DNA of 64,000 bases from Octopus vulgaris. Its lineage: Eukaryota. The stretch spans positions 190,030,001 to 190,094,000 of the forward strand of contig OX597815.1 of assembly GCA_951406725.2 (NCBI GenBank). Direction: 5' to 3'. The notes under the pieces were generated by a model. It saw nothing but the letters and a program-made list of their open reading frames with translations. It searched no databases and was not told the origin of the DNA. Positions 37,388 to 49,838 of this stretch are shown here, in pieces. The translations under genes and the position numbers were made by a program. Within the stretch, counting starts at the first letter, position 1; the number at the start of each line of letters is the position of its first letter.

Positions 37388-38443
37388 GTGTGTATTTATA
37401 TATATGTTAGGCTTCTTTTAGTTTCCGTCTACCAAATCCCCTTACAAGGCTTTGATTGGCCCGAGGCTTTAGTAGAAAACACTTTCCCAAGGTGCCATGC
37501 AGTGGGACTGAACCCGGAACCATGTGGTTGGGAAGTAAGCTACTTACCACACAGCCACTCCTGCACCTATATGTAAATCATTAGTAAATTTTAAGTAACA
37601 GAAAATTAAGCATTTTGAAGAAAGAAATAATTCTGATTTAGCATAATGATTCAGAGCTTTAAAAGGCATAAGAAACATATTAGTTCATATAAATAGATCC
37701 AAGCAATGAATATTTAAAGCTATCTCAATGGAGCCAGAAGTGTAGCGAATGACATTCTGATGCAATGTGGTTGGAAAGTGATATATGATTGGAGGTCAAC
37801 AATGTTTAAAGGGAATATATGCTGCTGTTAATGAAAATTTCGTTGATTTCCTCTTAAAACTGCTGTGGGTCATGAAATGACAAGCTGATTACATGTCAGA
37901 GGGGGTGTGAGAGTGAGATGAGCATTGCATCTAGCGAAAAATCAATCAAATCATTATTGCAGTTGTCAGCTTATCTATTTCCCACTGATGAAGAACTGCG
38001 CAACATTCATTAGCTTTTAAGAATATAAGCAGTTTTAAAAATTCATTCATTTCTCTCAATTAATTTAGAAACACACAGAGCTAAAGTAGAGACATTTTAA
38101 AGATGTTTACAGGGTACGTTGCTCTGTAAACTCACCTAAATAACTGTATAGATATTTATTTTTAATAGTGTGAATGTAAGGAGAGAAAGCGAGGCGTAAT
38201 TACTGAATATCTTTCTTTTCATTTAAACTGTTGCAGATTACATAAGGTGGCTGTATCGTTCAGCACATTTACCAAGTTTCATGAGTAAATATGTATAATC
38301 TCAAACCATTTCTAATTGCTTCTAAACACATTCTAATAGCATTAATAATGTTTACCAAACACTTTTTAATGCAGTTGCATATGTTTGCAAAATTGGATAT
38401 TCCTTAAATGGTTCAGTTAGAGAGACAGATAGATAAGCACACA

Positions 38444-38498
<55 letters not shown>

Positions 38499-38574
38499 TC
38501 TCTCCTTACATATATATATATATATATATATATAGGGAGACAGAGAGAGAAAAAGAGAGAGAGGCACATATATA

Positions 38575-38942
38575 TATTCTTTTATTCTTTTAATTGTTTC
38601 AGTCCTTTGACTGTGGCCATGCTGGAACACTGTCGTTAGTACTTATTCTATCGGTCTCTTTTGCCAAGCCACTAGGTTACAGGGATGTAAACACACCAAT
38701 ATCAGTTGTCAAGCGATGGGGGTGGGGGGACAAACACAAATATAAATACATACACACATACATACAATATATATATATACGAGAAGCTTCTTTCAGTTTC
38801 CATCTACCAAATCCACTGACAAGGCTTTGGTGTACCTGAGCCTATAGTAGAAGACATCTGCCCAAGGTGCCGCTTTGTGGGACTGAACCTGGAACCATGT
38901 GGTTGGGAGGCAAGCTTCTTACCACACAGCCACTCCTGCACT
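38575..38942 (-). mobile_element. S1 SINE, followed by a plus-strand S1 3' half at ~38995-39215
   Basis: Colinear with the S1 consensus; head-to-head arrangement. Confidence 0.85.
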
Positions 38943-39369
38943 TAATATATATATATATATTATATATATATATATATTGTGTGTAGCCACTAAACCTTTG
39001 TGTTTGTGTGTCTGTGTTTGTCCCCTCCACCATTGCTTGACAACTGATGTTGGTATGTTTATGTCCCTGTAACTTAGCGGTTCAGCAAAAGAGACTGATA
39101 GAATAAGTACTATGTTACAAAGAATATGTCCTGCGGTCCATTTGTTCTAATAAAGGCAATGCTCCAGCATGGCCGCAGTCAAATGGCTGAAGCAAATAAA
39201 AGAAGAAGAAAAAGAGAAAAACACTTAACAAGATACTTCTTTACATAGATCTCTTTACATTCATAAATATAAACTTTCTTCACAAACCTCAGATCACACA
39301 TCTTGATAGATAAATATACACTTCATAACACACCAAATTGTAGATTATTGATACTCCTATATATATATA

Positions 39370-39600
39370 TTTCTTTACTACCCACAAGGGGCTAAACATA
39401 GAGGGGACAAACAAGAACGGACAGAGGCATTAAGTTGATTACAGCAACCCAATGCGAAACTGGTAATTTATTTATCGATCCTGAGAGGATGAAAGGCAAA
39501 GTCGACCTCGACGGAATTTGAACTCAGAACATAATGACAGATGAAATACCGCTAAGCATTTCGCCCAGTGCGCTAACGTTTCTACCAGCTCGCTGCCTTA
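39370..39600 (-). mobile_element. S2 SINE
   Basis: Reverse complement of 17393-17625. Confidence 0.88.
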
Positions 39601-39620
39601 TAGGTACCCCTATATATATA

Positions 39621-40200
39621 TTGGGTCATCCCATAAATAATGCAGTTTTTTCAAATGTATGAACTAAAAGTCTGAGGGGGACGGAATAAACTACCTGCAT
39701 CAACTTGTTATAAATGTAGGAACTACTTTTACCTTGTACTTATTCTTAGTGCGAGTTTTGAAGAGTGCAATTCGATTTTAACTGTTATTGAGTTCAATAA
39801 AGGTGACAACCCAACAGAAAGTGCGAGGAATATTAATGCAGTATATGGGGATCAGACAATAAGGATAATCTAGTGTCAACGGTGGTTCCAGAAATTCTGA
39901 GCCAGAAAATACAGCCTAGAAAATGAGCTGCATCTTGGAAGATCTGCAGAACTTGGCAAGGACGTCTTGCAAACCTGGTGGAATAAAATCCCATCGTAAC
40001 TATTGAGGAACTAGCAGAGAAGCTTACATTTGATCAGTCAACCATTCATCGATACCTACATCTTTGGTTTCAGGATGGAAGGTGTTCTTCCATCAGGATT
40101 GTGCTCTACTACATACAGCGAGGATGACATTCCAAGGGCTGGAGCAGTTTGAATGGGAAACAATACCCCATCCACCATACTTACATGCCCCTGACTTGGG
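39621..40200 (+). mobile_element. Decayed mariner remnant (second family)
   Basis: TA|TTGGGTCATCCCATAAATAATGC start; transposase pieces EFNKGDNPTESARNINAVYGD..CQRWFQKF, TIEELAEKL, LEQFEWETIPHPPY. Confidence 0.8.
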
Positions 40201-40813
40201 CTCAGAAGTTACAGCTTGAGTTTTTATCTATAATCGTAAAAGCTAAAAGTAATTCAAATTCAATGTTTTCTTGAAACAATGAATTTCTATAGAGAGTAGG
40301 ATATAAATTCGAATCTATGAAAAGTTTCCATTCCACAATATTCTTAAAGGAATAAAAACTTATCCAGCAACTCAGGCTAATACGAACTATATATATATAT
40401 AGCCATGATATAATAGTCATACAACAATCTATGATGCATGTTCGTTGCATAATTATTACATCACAAGCTTCAGCTGGCTGAGAAACATATGAAGCTTGCA
40501 TTATATCTGTTCTACTCCTTCAATTTGGATTTTTATTTACATTTATAGCAGCTCTAGTTGCTAACTGTGAGCTACATAGAAACTATCAGCTTATTGAATT
40601 ACTTGCAACTTAGATATGGGAAAAAGTGTGTGACTCTTGATACCAGTAAATTATTATTTTTTCTTATCACATATTGTCCACTTGTTCTCTATACCTGCCA
40701 CTCATTGCTTGAAGCTTACAAATTTCCTATACTTGATTCCCAGATCATATTTACACACACACACATATATATATATACATGCACACACACACACATATAT
40801 ATATATATACACG

Positions 40814-40865
<52 letters not shown>

Positions 40866-41044
40866 GGCCTTGCTTTTTGCTTTTTGAGCCCAAAAATTAA
40901 CTTAACTTATGTATGTATGTATGTATGTATGTATGTATGTATGTATATAGAGAGAGAGAGTTTTTGAAGTGATGTAAATAAGATGTAAATAAATAAAAAA
41001 AAAAACGTATATAATCATTCAACATTCTGACTACCTTATTATTC

Positions 41045-41095
<51 letters not shown>

Positions 41096-41098
41096 GTA

Positions 41099-41130
<32 letters not shown>

Positions 41131-41141
41131 CGTATATATAC

Positions 41142-41187
<46 letters not shown>

Positions 41188-41192
<5 letters not shown>

Positions 41193-43920
41193 TCCAACCT
41201 ATTTCTCCAGACGGCAAAACATCTCAAATATAATTAATAACCCTGACAATTTATATCAACAAAGAAATTCGAACCCTGTAATTCCAACCAATTTACTCAG
41301 ACAGCAAAACCAGCTTCCCAGCATTTCTAAATATAATTAATAACACTGACAATTTCTACCAACGAAATGGCAGAGATTTTTTCGAAGACTGAGTGGAGAG
41401 AAACAGGGATACACGTTGGAACAAGACAAAATGGGGAAACCCAAAGTAATAAATTTATCGAAGAAAACTCTCTCTGCAACAAAAATCAGTATACTAACTA
41501 AAGGATTAAAATTTACCCCAACTCCAACAATAATAATACTGTTAAAATTAATAACATTAATAATACTAACTTTTACCAACCAAATTACAGTAAACTTTTT
41601 TAGACTGAGTGGAGAGAAAATCAGTATAATAACTAAAGGATTAAAATTTACTCCAACCCCAACAATAATAATACTGTTAAAATTAATAACATTAATAATA
41701 CTAACTTTTACCAACCAAATTACAGTAAACTTTTTTAGACCGAGTGGAGAGAAAATCAGTATACTAACTAAAGGATTAAAATTTACCCCAACCCCATGAA
41801 GATCTAACCAGAATGAAATTAAAGATAGTATTTTGGAATTCTGCAGAAAATTATGACTCACAGAAGCACTAACTGACTACAACAACGAGGATGAATCACT
41901 GGTTAAAGACAGAAGCAATAATCTTCCACCTAAATGTAGGAATAAAATACTGGATGACTTCTGTGACCATATCCAGCATTTCCCAAATACTTTCCCTAAG
42001 CGAAAAATTAATTCAAACCTCAACAATTTAGAATGGAAAAATCTAATTGAACTGCCGAACAACAAAGACCTATCAATTAAAGAAGCAGACAAAGGAATTG
42101 TAGTTGTCCTGAGGGACACAGAATACTGTAAAAACCTAGTATTATCCCTGCTAGAAAACGATGCCTTCTATGAAAATGTTGTAAACTATAAATAACAAAA
42201 AACAATAAAAAAATTTGCATCCTTAATACTTCTACATGGAAAAGGCCTAACAGAAAAAGAAACAGACATCACGAACTTCAAATGTAAACCCAGTCTTTTT
42301 TACGGCCTACATAAAATACACAAGAGCAAGATAATCAATGAAGCCTGCAAACAATCACCAGGCAAATACATAAACATCCAAGCGCCAGAAGACTTAAAGT
42401 TAAGACCCATTATAACTGGCCCAGCCTGTGAAACCCACCGCCTAAGCAATTTTCTAGACATCCTACTGAAACCCTTGCTGAAATACATCAAAAGTTTCAT
42501 TAGAGATGATCTAGATATGCTTAAGCACTTACCACAAACAACTATTGAAGAAACATTATTGGTTTCCTTTGATGTTATTAATTTTTATACCAACATTCCA
42601 CATGGCTATGGAATAGAAGCAATAAAATTCTGGCTATAAAATTCTGGCTGTAAAAGTACCCTGAAGAACTTTTGGAATGTATAAACCAAGTTTTTATTAT
42701 TGAAATATTAAAACTTATATTTTAGAACAAATATTTCCTATTTGATGACACCTACTATAGTTAAAAATGCAGAACTGCGATGGGAACAAAAGCAGCCCCT
42801 GTTCTTGCAATCCTAATAATGAGATATTTCGAATTCACCGTATATGAAGTGTCACTGCAAAAACATGGATATCCATTTCACCATTATATAAGAGAGAACT
42901 GAAAAAGATACCTGGATGACTGCTTTATCATTTGGAACGAGACTATTGATAAACTTTTGGAATCTTAATCAATATGAAATAATATAAGCACTAACATTAT
43001 ATTTACAATGGAATATAGCAAAGAACAGCGCCCTTTCTTAGATATTCTGATAAAAAAATGTCAACAACCAAATTGTAACTGACATTTATCATAAACTAAT
43101 GGACTTGAAACAATATCTCCTGTTTAGCTCATGCCAGCTGAAACACATCAAAAGAAATATTCCCTTTAATTTAACAAAAAGGATTTGCACAATAGTGTCT
43201 GATGGAAATACTTGTGACTTCCATCTTCAAGACTTCAGGACAACACTAACTGAGTGACACTATCTACCCTCACTTATAGATGATGGAATTATATGGGCCA
43301 AGAAAATAGGCATTAAAACACTAAGGGAAACAAAACGAAACACTATACTTCATCTCAAAATACTACCGTATTTATCAACTCACAACTCTAGAAACAACGA
43401 GACATTCAACACTATTGCACAATATCTACCAATGCTCACTAGGGATCCAAAAGTGAACAACATTCTGAAAACATAAATTCATCAGATGTACAAACGAACC
43501 CAAATCGCTGATAAGACTTCTGACAAAAGCAAAACCAATGGTTAAAAAAACGTGGACGCCAAAACCAAGGAACATGCCTCGACATACTGGAAGGCTTGAA
43601 AATCCAATTTGAACAAGGAGAGAGGTTCACAATTGAGACCAACTTCACTTGTGCACCCAAGAATTTAATTTATGTTACAACTTGTTCAGATTGTGGACAT
43701 AACTATATAGGACAGACAAGTTTGGCACTTAGACAGAGAACCACACTACATAAGAAACAGCTCCAGTTCCCAAAATATAGACAAACACCTTTGGGTGAAC
43801 ACATAGAGAGATGTGGAGGGAATCTCCAACCAAATTTCACAGTTTTCCCCATCTACCAGTGCAAAGAAATAATTTCTGTACAAGAACGTTTAAATAAAGA
43901 AAATTTATTTATCAAAAATG
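41188..43920 (+). mobile_element. Decayed Penelope-like retroelement (RT plus GIY-YIG endonuclease)
   Basis: Motifs across frameshifts and stops: LTKGLKFTPTP, IKEADKG, FYGLHKIHK, LRPII, SFDVINFYTNIPH, TAMGT, RYLDD, PFLDI, and LIYVTTCSDCGHNYIGQT..LRQRTTLH. Confidence 0.92.
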
Positions 43921-43999
43921 TGTGTCATTGTGTCTCTGTTTATCCCCCACCACCACTTGATAATCGGTGTTGGTGTGTTTACAAGTAAAAGATAAAAGA

Positions 44000-44675
44000 T
44001 TGGCTGTGTGGTAAGTAGTTTGCTTACCAACCACATGGTTCAGGTTTCAGTCCCACTGCCTGGCTCCTTGGACAGGTGTCTTCTGCTATAGCCTCAGGTT
44101 GACCAAAGCTTTGTGAGTGGATTTGGTAGACGGAAACTGAAAGAAGCCTGTCGTATATATATATATATATATTCTCTTGGATGAAATCAAGGGCATTGAG
44201 AGAAGGGACTTGCATTTGTGGTAAACTGCTATATGTGTTTGTCCCCCCCCCCCTCATCACTTGACAATTAATGCTGGTGCATTTATGTCCCTGTAACTTA
44301 GAAATTCGGCAAAAAGAGACTGATCGAATAAGTACTAGGCGGCAAGCTGGCAGAAGCATTAGCACGCCGGGCAAAATGTTTAGTGGTATTTCGTCTGCCA
44401 TTATGTTCTGAGTTCAAATTCCGCCGAGGTCAACTTTGCCTTTCATCCTTTCAGAGTCGATAAATTAAGTACCAGTTATGCACTGGGGTCGATCCAATCC
44501 CTTTGTCTGTCTTTGTTTGTCCTCTCTATTTTTAACCCCTTGTGGGCAATAAAGAAATAAGAATAAGTACTAGGTTTACAAAGAATAACTCCTGCAGTTG
44601 ATTTGTTCCACTAAAGGCAGTGCTCCAGCATGGCCGCAGTCAAATGACTGAAATAAATAGATAGAAGAATAAAAG
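44000..44675 (+). mobile_element. S1 SINE with a nested S2 SINE (44340-44560)
   Basis: 14-bp TSD GAATAAGTACTAGG on both sides of the S2 copy. Confidence 0.88.
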
Positions 44676-46761
44676 AATAACAGAATACACACATCCATGG
44701 AAAGAGAGGGAGAGAAGGAAGGAGGGGGGAGAGGGAGTGTGCATGAAAAACTAATCTTCATGCAAAAAATATCGTCAGCCGTCTTAATACATAAATCTTG
44801 GAGTTATTGTAGCTTTGTTGGAAATGTTTATTTTGTCATATCTAATTGTATTTATCATTGTATAGAGAACAAGCAAAAGAGATTTATAATTTAAATACGG
44901 ATTAAGTTTTAGAAAATAGGAAAGAATTGCTGTAATTGCTGTTGATGTAGTGTTTCAAAAAGACAATGTAAAGGAACAAAAAGAATTTCTACCTGTTCAG
45001 CAGACATCCAGTAAATAACAGCCAAATCTTCTTCAAATCATTACTCTAACATCTTGAAAATGCTAGGGACACACTGGATAATGTAGTGCAAGATAGGCAG
45101 TCATCATCATCATCATTATCATCATCATTATCATCATCATTTAGCATTCACTTTCCATGCTAGCATGGGTTGGACGATTTGACTGAGGACTGGTGAACCA
45201 GATGACTTCACCAGGCTCCAGTTTTGATCTGGCAGAGTTTCTACAGCTGGATACCCTTCCTAATGCCAACCACTCCGAGAATGTAGTGGGTGTTTTTACG
45301 TGCCACCAGCACGAGGGCCAGTCAGGCAGTACTGGCAATGGCCACGAAAATTTTTTTTTTTTTACCTGAATAATAATAACAATAATAATAATAATAATAA
45401 TAATAACATCGAAAAATACCTTAGGAATGAGATCTCCCAGGTTCAAAATTTGTCCAAGACACCGGATGAAAAGCTGGAGGGTACATCAGCCAAAATGTTG
45501 TGTTAACAACAAACAAGATGAGGACAAATATCCATCAAATGTAAATAATATAAATAAAGTACTATACATTTTTATCATTGATGGTGAACTAGTCTTGAAT
45601 GTAGAGTCATTAAGGTATCAGCTGAAATGTCTCATGGCATTTTTCCTGGCTCACTGCATCCTGGGTTCAAATGCTACCGAAGTCACCCTTGCCGTTTCTC
45701 CTTTTCTTAGAACCATTGGGAAAGATGCCTTGTAGCATCTGTTCTAGCTCTTTGTATTCTGACAGCTACGTCTACGATAACACTGCTGCCTGGTTGTGTG
45801 AGTTCAAGTTGGCAGTTATTCTCTTGGATGAAACCAAGGGCATAAAGAGAAGGGACTTGCATTTGTGGTAAACTCAAAACTCTTTGCCAAAAACCTTCAC
45901 ATACATGTCCAGACATATAATGAAGCTTGATTGGAGAAGAATCCAATTATTGCCATGTTTATAAATGTTGATTTTCTATCAATGGGTAACTAGATTTGCC
46001 TTGTAAACAAAAAAGATGCCATTTTGGACTTATAAATATTTATTTCCAGGTTTTATCAAATTTTTAAAATTTTCCATGCAAAAAAATAATGTAAATTCTT
46101 GCGAGTGCAATACAAGCAGATGAGAATAAATTGCATTTACTAGAATTATAATTAATATCTTGATGCAATTAATTTTTTTCTGCATATTTTTAACAGAAGA
46201 ATTAACTTTCCTATAACTGCTTACATAAGCAGTATTATTAAAAATTGCTGAATCTACAATTATTTTGTTTCTGCTTCCAGTTTTGTTTTTTTAAAACTTG
46301 AACAGTGAAACATTTACAAGACTGTAATTCGATAATTTTTCCATAATTTCAGAAAATTTAAATATTATATCATTAATTGAATTTTTTAATATTTTATCAT
46401 TTTTTTTTTTTTTTGAAGAGAAAGTAACCAACTTTTCAAATTATCTGTAACAAGAATTTATAGTCAGAATAATGCAAATAATATTTATAAAAGGATAGGT
46501 ATCATCATCATTATCATCCTCATCATCATCATCATCATCATCATCATTATCCTCATCGTCGTCGTCATCTTCATCGTCATTTAACGTCCATTTTCCATGC
46601 TAGCATAGGTTTGACGGTTTGACTGGGGTCTGGGAAGCCAGGAGGCTGCACGAAGCTCTAATCTGATCTGACAGTGTTTCTACAGCTAGAGGCCATTCCT
46701 AATGCCAACCGCTCTTTGAGCGTAGTGGGTGCTTTTTTACGTGCCACCAGCACAGGGGCCA

Positions 46762-47290
46762 GAATTTGAACTCAGAATGTAAAGACAGACAAAATACCAC
46801 TAAGCATTTCCCACGGTGTGCTAACGTTTCTGCCAGCTCACAGCCTTTAATTATATTCTTTTCTACTCAAGGCACAAGGCCCCAAATTTTGGGGGAGGCA
46901 GGGCCAGTCGATTAGATCGACCAGTACACAACTGGTACTTAATTTATCAACCCCGAAAGGATGAAAGGCAAAGTTGACCACAGCAGAATTTGAACTCAGC
47001 ACGTAAAGACAGACAAAATACCACTAAGCATTTCGCCCAGCATGCTAACATTTCTTATTTCTTTATTGTCCACAATGGGCTAAACGTAGAGGGGATAAAC
47101 AAGGACATACAAATGGATTAAGTCAATTACATTGACCCCAGTGCGTAACTGGTACTGAATTTATCGACCCCGAAAGGATGAAAGGCAAAGTCAACCTCGG
47201 CAGAATTTGAACTCAGAATGTAAAGACAGACGAAATTCTGCTAAGCATTTCACCCAGCATGCTAACATTTCTGCCAGCTCGCAGTCTTGA
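46762..47290 (-). mobile_element. Cluster of S2 SINEs with two alternative tails
   Basis: Three AGAATTTGAACTCAG-containing bodies in tandem. Confidence 0.8.
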
Positions 47291-47561
47291 ATTACTATGA
47301 TATTGTACAAGCACTGATTTTAGTGTATCTGTACCACATATTTCTGTATAACATCTATACTCTAAATTTACTTTAGTGTATCTGTACTGTATATTCGTAT
47401 TTATTTTACAATTATATAAGGAGAGGGTTTATGTGAATATATATATATATTTATTTATATAAGAAAATCATATATAAATATAAATATTAAATTATTGCAT
47501 TCATATTTAATAAACCAAGTCAATTATTGCTTTTCATTTGATCTACTCCAATCATAAACAG

Positions 47562-47669
47562 CCATTAATGATAGAGATGATGTTGGAACAGAAATTGATC
47601 AGGCTACAGTGAAATTTCATCAGGAGCAATTATTCAACAAGAAAATAAAATACAAGAAATTTTCTTACA
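47562..47669 (+). CDS. Candidate internal coding exon of an unidentified host gene (108 bp, phase 1-1)
   Basis: AAACAG| acceptor, |GTGAGT donor, length divisible by 3, only one open frame (INDRDDVGTEIDQATVKFHQEQLFNKKIKYKKFSY), non-repetitive sequence. Confidence 0.4.
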
Positions 47670-47736
47670 GTGAGTATTGCTGCATTTTACATGTTGCTCT
47701 ACAATGAAATAATTCTTCAGTGCAATATGTATTGTG

Positions 47737-47990
47737 TGGAAGCGTGTGGATTAGTGGTTAGGATGTCAGCAGCATGATCGTAAGATTGTGGTTTCGATTC
47801 CTGGACCGGGCGACGCGTTGTGTTCTTGAACAAAGCACTTCATTTCACATTGCTCCAGTCTACTCAGCTGGCAAAAATGATTAATGCTGCAATGGACTGG
47901 TGTCCCGTCCTGCTGGGAAACACATACACCAAAGAAACCAGGAAACCGGGCCCATGAGCCTGGCTAGGCTTTAAAAAGGGTGCATTTATT
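47737..47990 (+). mobile_element. tRNA-derived SINE (S4-like head and body, alternative tail)
   Basis: A/B boxes GTGGATTAGTGG / GGTTTCGATTCC; body matches 49839-49975. Confidence 0.8.
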
Positions 47991-48692
47991 TTATTTTTTT
48001 AATATATATTGTAGCAACAGGAATTACTTTTTAGATATGAAATATTGATTTCAAATTTTGGAACAAAACCAACATTTTGGGGGATGTGACCCCAGTATGC
48101 AACTAGTACTTATTTTATCAACCTGAAAGGATAAAAGACAGAGTCGATCTCAGCAGAATTTGAACTCAGAACATAAAAACAGACAAAATGCCACTGAGTA
48201 TTTCGCCAGGCATGCTAATGCTTCTTTTCTACTCTAGGAACTAGGCCTGAAATGTTGGTGGAGGTGGGGCGCAGTCAATTAGATAGATCCCAGTACACAA
48301 CAGGTACTTAATTTATCGACCCCAAAAGGATGAAAGGCAAAGTCAACCCCAGCAGAATTTGCACTCAGGACGTAGCAGCTAACAAAATACCACTATGCTT
48401 TTCGCCCTGCGTGTTAACAGTTCTGCCAGTTCGCCTTTTAAATAAAAAGTATTCTTTTATTCTTTTAGTCTTTTACTTGTTTCAGCCATTTGACTGCAGC
48501 CATGCTGGAGCTCCGCCTTTAGTTGAATGAAACAACCCCAAGATTTATTCTTTGTAAGCCTATGAGACTTGAACTCACACCTCCGTGATTACGTGTCGCA
48601 GTGCTCTGGACCATTAAGCCAAACCACCCATATATATATATATATAGTATTAATAAGATAGAAAATGGAATGTGTAATAGATTTTATTGAGC

Positions 48693-48733
48693 ACAACACA
48701 AGTTTCGACCCATCATTCTGGGTCTCTTCGGGT
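48693..48733 (-). ncRNA. Hammerhead-like motif in a (TA)n-flanked island (~48650-48797)
   Basis: Minus strand AC-CCGAAGA-GACCCA-GAATGA-TGGGTC-GAAA-CTTGTG-TT-GT; perfect 6-bp stem II, U4 changed to C. Confidence 0.5.
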
Positions 48734-48831
48734 AACCTAAACTGTGCCTGTGCTTTACTCATCATCTATTTATATGTTTTGTATAATTTTTCCATTGTAT
48801 ATATATATATATATATTTACATATATATATA

Positions 48832-49343
48832 TCTATATATATGAAACTGTAGTTGTGTGAGTGTCTGTCTCCTACGATTTAAATTCCTAACTACTCCCAC
48901 ATTTTGCGGTGCAGTTTAACCAAATTCGGGTATCTTATAGTCGTGATTCATATCGAGCCCGTCTGAGTATTAGCGCGCATCTACAATGAGTCTACGATTT
49001 AAAAAAAAATTTAACATCATTTTTTATTCCATTTTAATGCATAATTTTTCGTGTGTCGATGGCGGCGGAGTTGGCGTCCATGGTCACACCTGCACCTGTT
49101 TGCTTCTCCCCCTTCTTCCCTCCCTCGTGAAGCTGTGGGGAAGGGAGTGTAAGGAAATCAACGTCGTAAAGCGTTGTCAAGGAGACCAGCGTTCTTTTAG
49201 AACAACGACTTCATGGCTTGAAGACACCAAAACAGAAATGGCTAAGAAAGCTCGAATTGGCATCTATAAGGGAAGTAACTCTCTAAAAATGCTTATATAG
49301 TTATTTCCCTTACAAACCCGAGCAACGCCGGGCGATACTGGTA

Positions 49344-49344
<1 letters not shown>
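48832..49344 (+). mobile_element. Non-autonomous Helitron with an extra internal segment
   Basis: A|TC start, hairpin CCCGAGCAACGCCGGG, GTAG|T end (CTAG variant). Confidence 0.85.
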
Positions 49345-49408
<64 letters not shown>

Positions 49409-49562
49409 AAAAGGGTGAAATATAATTAATTTAATAAAATTAATAAATTTCAACTAGTAGTTTTATCAGTATGGAAAAGACCATATTTGGTAAGGATTAT
49501 ATTAATTATAATAAAGGGTTAATTGCAACAAGTTGCTCAAAACCACATACCGAAAATATTAG

Positions 49563-49802
49563 AAATGGCAGCCAAATAGGTTACCATTTCTCCTACTAGT
49601 AAAAAGTCTCCACAAACAATCAGAATTTGCAACCCGTATATGGCAGAGAGAAAGAAAATAACGAAATCACAGTCTGTTTGGATTAATTATACTGTGATTT
49701 CTTTATTTTCTTTCTCTTTGCCATATACGGGTTGCAAATTCTGATTGTTTGTGGAGACTTTTTTACTAGTAGGAGAAATGGTAACCTATTTGGCTGCCAT
49801 TT
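49563..49802. repeat. Near-perfect inverted repeat (~111-bp arms, 17-nt loop) between (TA)n tracts
   Basis: 49563-49673 is the reverse complement of 49691-49802. Confidence 0.92.
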
Positions 49803-49838
49803 TCGGTAACCCTTTATATATATATATATATATATATG

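Noticed and set aside
37981-38015. CTGATGA hammerhead-like box
   Set aside because: No GAAA box or closing stem I follows.
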